Program-made: the position numbers and the translations under genes | Assembly: GCA_030324005.1 (NCBI GenBank) | Contig: JARDVH010000001.1 | Coordinates: 93,748,227-93,812,226, forward strand | DNA length: 64,000 nucleotides | Source: Negaprion brevirostris | Taxonomy: Eukaryota | Direction of reading: 5' to 3' | Notes under the pieces: model-generated | What the model saw: only the letters and a program-made list of their open reading frames with translations | What the model was told of the DNA's origin: nothing | The model's database searches: none | In this document: positions 62,900 through 64,000 of the stretch, one piece after another | Layout of the letters: every line of letters begins with the position of its first letter | How positions within the stretch are numbered: position 1 is the first letter of the stretch

Positions 62900-63125
62900 C
62901 AGTGTTAGGTTGGTAGCATTTTTGCCTTTGTCAGAAATTGTGCATTCAAGTCCCACTCCGGGACCTGAGCACCAAAATGTAAGGCTTGCACTCTAGTGAA
63001 GTACTGAGGGAGTGCTGCACTGTTTGAAGTGCTGTCTTTCAGATGAGACATTAACCTGAGGCCTGTGGATGTGAAAGGCCCATCAGCCCTATTACAAAGA
63101 GAAGCAGGGGAATTATCTTCCTTGC
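62900..63125 (+). mobile_element. DeuSINE (SacSINE1-like) 5' part
   Basis: TTCAAGTCCCACTCC head; AGTACTGAGGGAGTGCTGCACTG...GCTGTCTTTCAGATGAGACATTAA...GAGGCC...GAAGCAGGGGA Deu domain. Confidence 0.8.
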
Positions 63126-63269
63126 CTTGCAATTTTCTTTAAGTTGTATTGAAAGTAATGCTCTGTGTAGTTTGTGGGAAGAGCATGTACTAATCTCAAC
63201 GCTAGTTTAATGGGCTAATTAGAAAGAAGGTAGAAGTGGAATGAAAAGGCTTTGAATCTGCTCTCATGA

Positions 63270-64000
63270 ATGGAGGATTGACTAACTGCTGAGTGAGATA
63301 AATGGGTCATTTTCAGGTTGGCGAGTTGTAACTGATGGAGTACCACAGGGATTAATGCTGGGATCTCAGTATTTATAATCTATGTTTAATGACTTGGATG
63401 AAGAGACCAAGGATACTCTAATCAAATTTGCTTATTATGCAAAGATAGGAAAGCAAGTTGTGGTGCAGCAAGAAATGAGAAAAGTGAAAGGGATATTTGC
63501 TTTTATTGCAATGGCAATGGAATATAAAAGTAGGGAAACCTTTCTACAGCTGTACAGGGCACCTGGAGAATTTGGACTGTTGCTTAAAGGAGAATATACT
63601 TGCATTGTAAGCAGTTCAGAAAGTTCCCTATGATGAGGGGGTTATGAAGAAAAGATTGAGCAGGTTGGCCCTAAACTTACTGGCATTAAGAAAAATGGGA
63701 GTTGATCTGATTGGAGCATATACAATTCTGAAGGGGCTTGACAGGATGGATGCAGAGCTGATGTTTTCCATCATGGGGAAATTTAGAACTATTGGCCAGA
63801 GTTTTAAAATCAGGGGTCAACCATTTTAAAACCAAGATTAGATTTTTTTTTCTTTGAGGGTCATTAGTTTTTGGGATTCTTTTCCCGGAGAGTAGCGGAG
63901 GCTGGGTCATTGAGTATATTTAAGATCAAGTTAGACTGAATGTTGATTTACAAAAGAATCAGGGGTTATGGGAGACAGAAAAGAAAATGAAGTTAACATC
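63270..64000 (+). mobile_element. Decayed CR1 LINE (RT to 3' UTR), runs off the window end
   Basis: DGVPQGLMLGSQ, FNDLDEETKDTLIKFAYYAKIG, MEYKSRETFLQLYRA, DLIGAYTILKGLDRMDAELMF. Confidence 0.85.

Overview
Vertebrate nuclear DNA, almost certainly from a shark or ray: it carries HE1-type V-SINEs, HER1/CR1 LINEs, DeuSINEs, Rex1/Babar and Penelope-like remnants, plus many N gaps. One protein-coding gene spans the window on the + strand: LCORL (ligand-dependent nuclear receptor corepressor-like; Mblk-1/E93-related pipsqueak HTH factor). I reconstructed six coding exons with GT-AG boundaries and consistent phases (17105-17170, 27980-28059, 34553-34685, 38961-39212, 48188-48284, 57864-58914), followed by a roughly 3 kb putative 3' UTR. 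The first coding exon and the large alternative PALI2 exon are not visible in the window. The rest is intronic DNA filled with decayed retroelements, and nearly all other ORFs in the track are spurious or TE fragments. I found no clearly new multi-gene system. The best second-look items are minimal hammerhead-ribozyme motifs in Penelope remnants, a roughly 210 bp-arm intronic hairpin, a second pipsqueak-like HTH in LCORL, a NAGNAG acceptor, a signal-rich stretch upstream of the last exon, and a three-unit repeat in the putative 3' UTR. Family names and human comparisons come from recall, not database searches; repeat boundaries are approximate.
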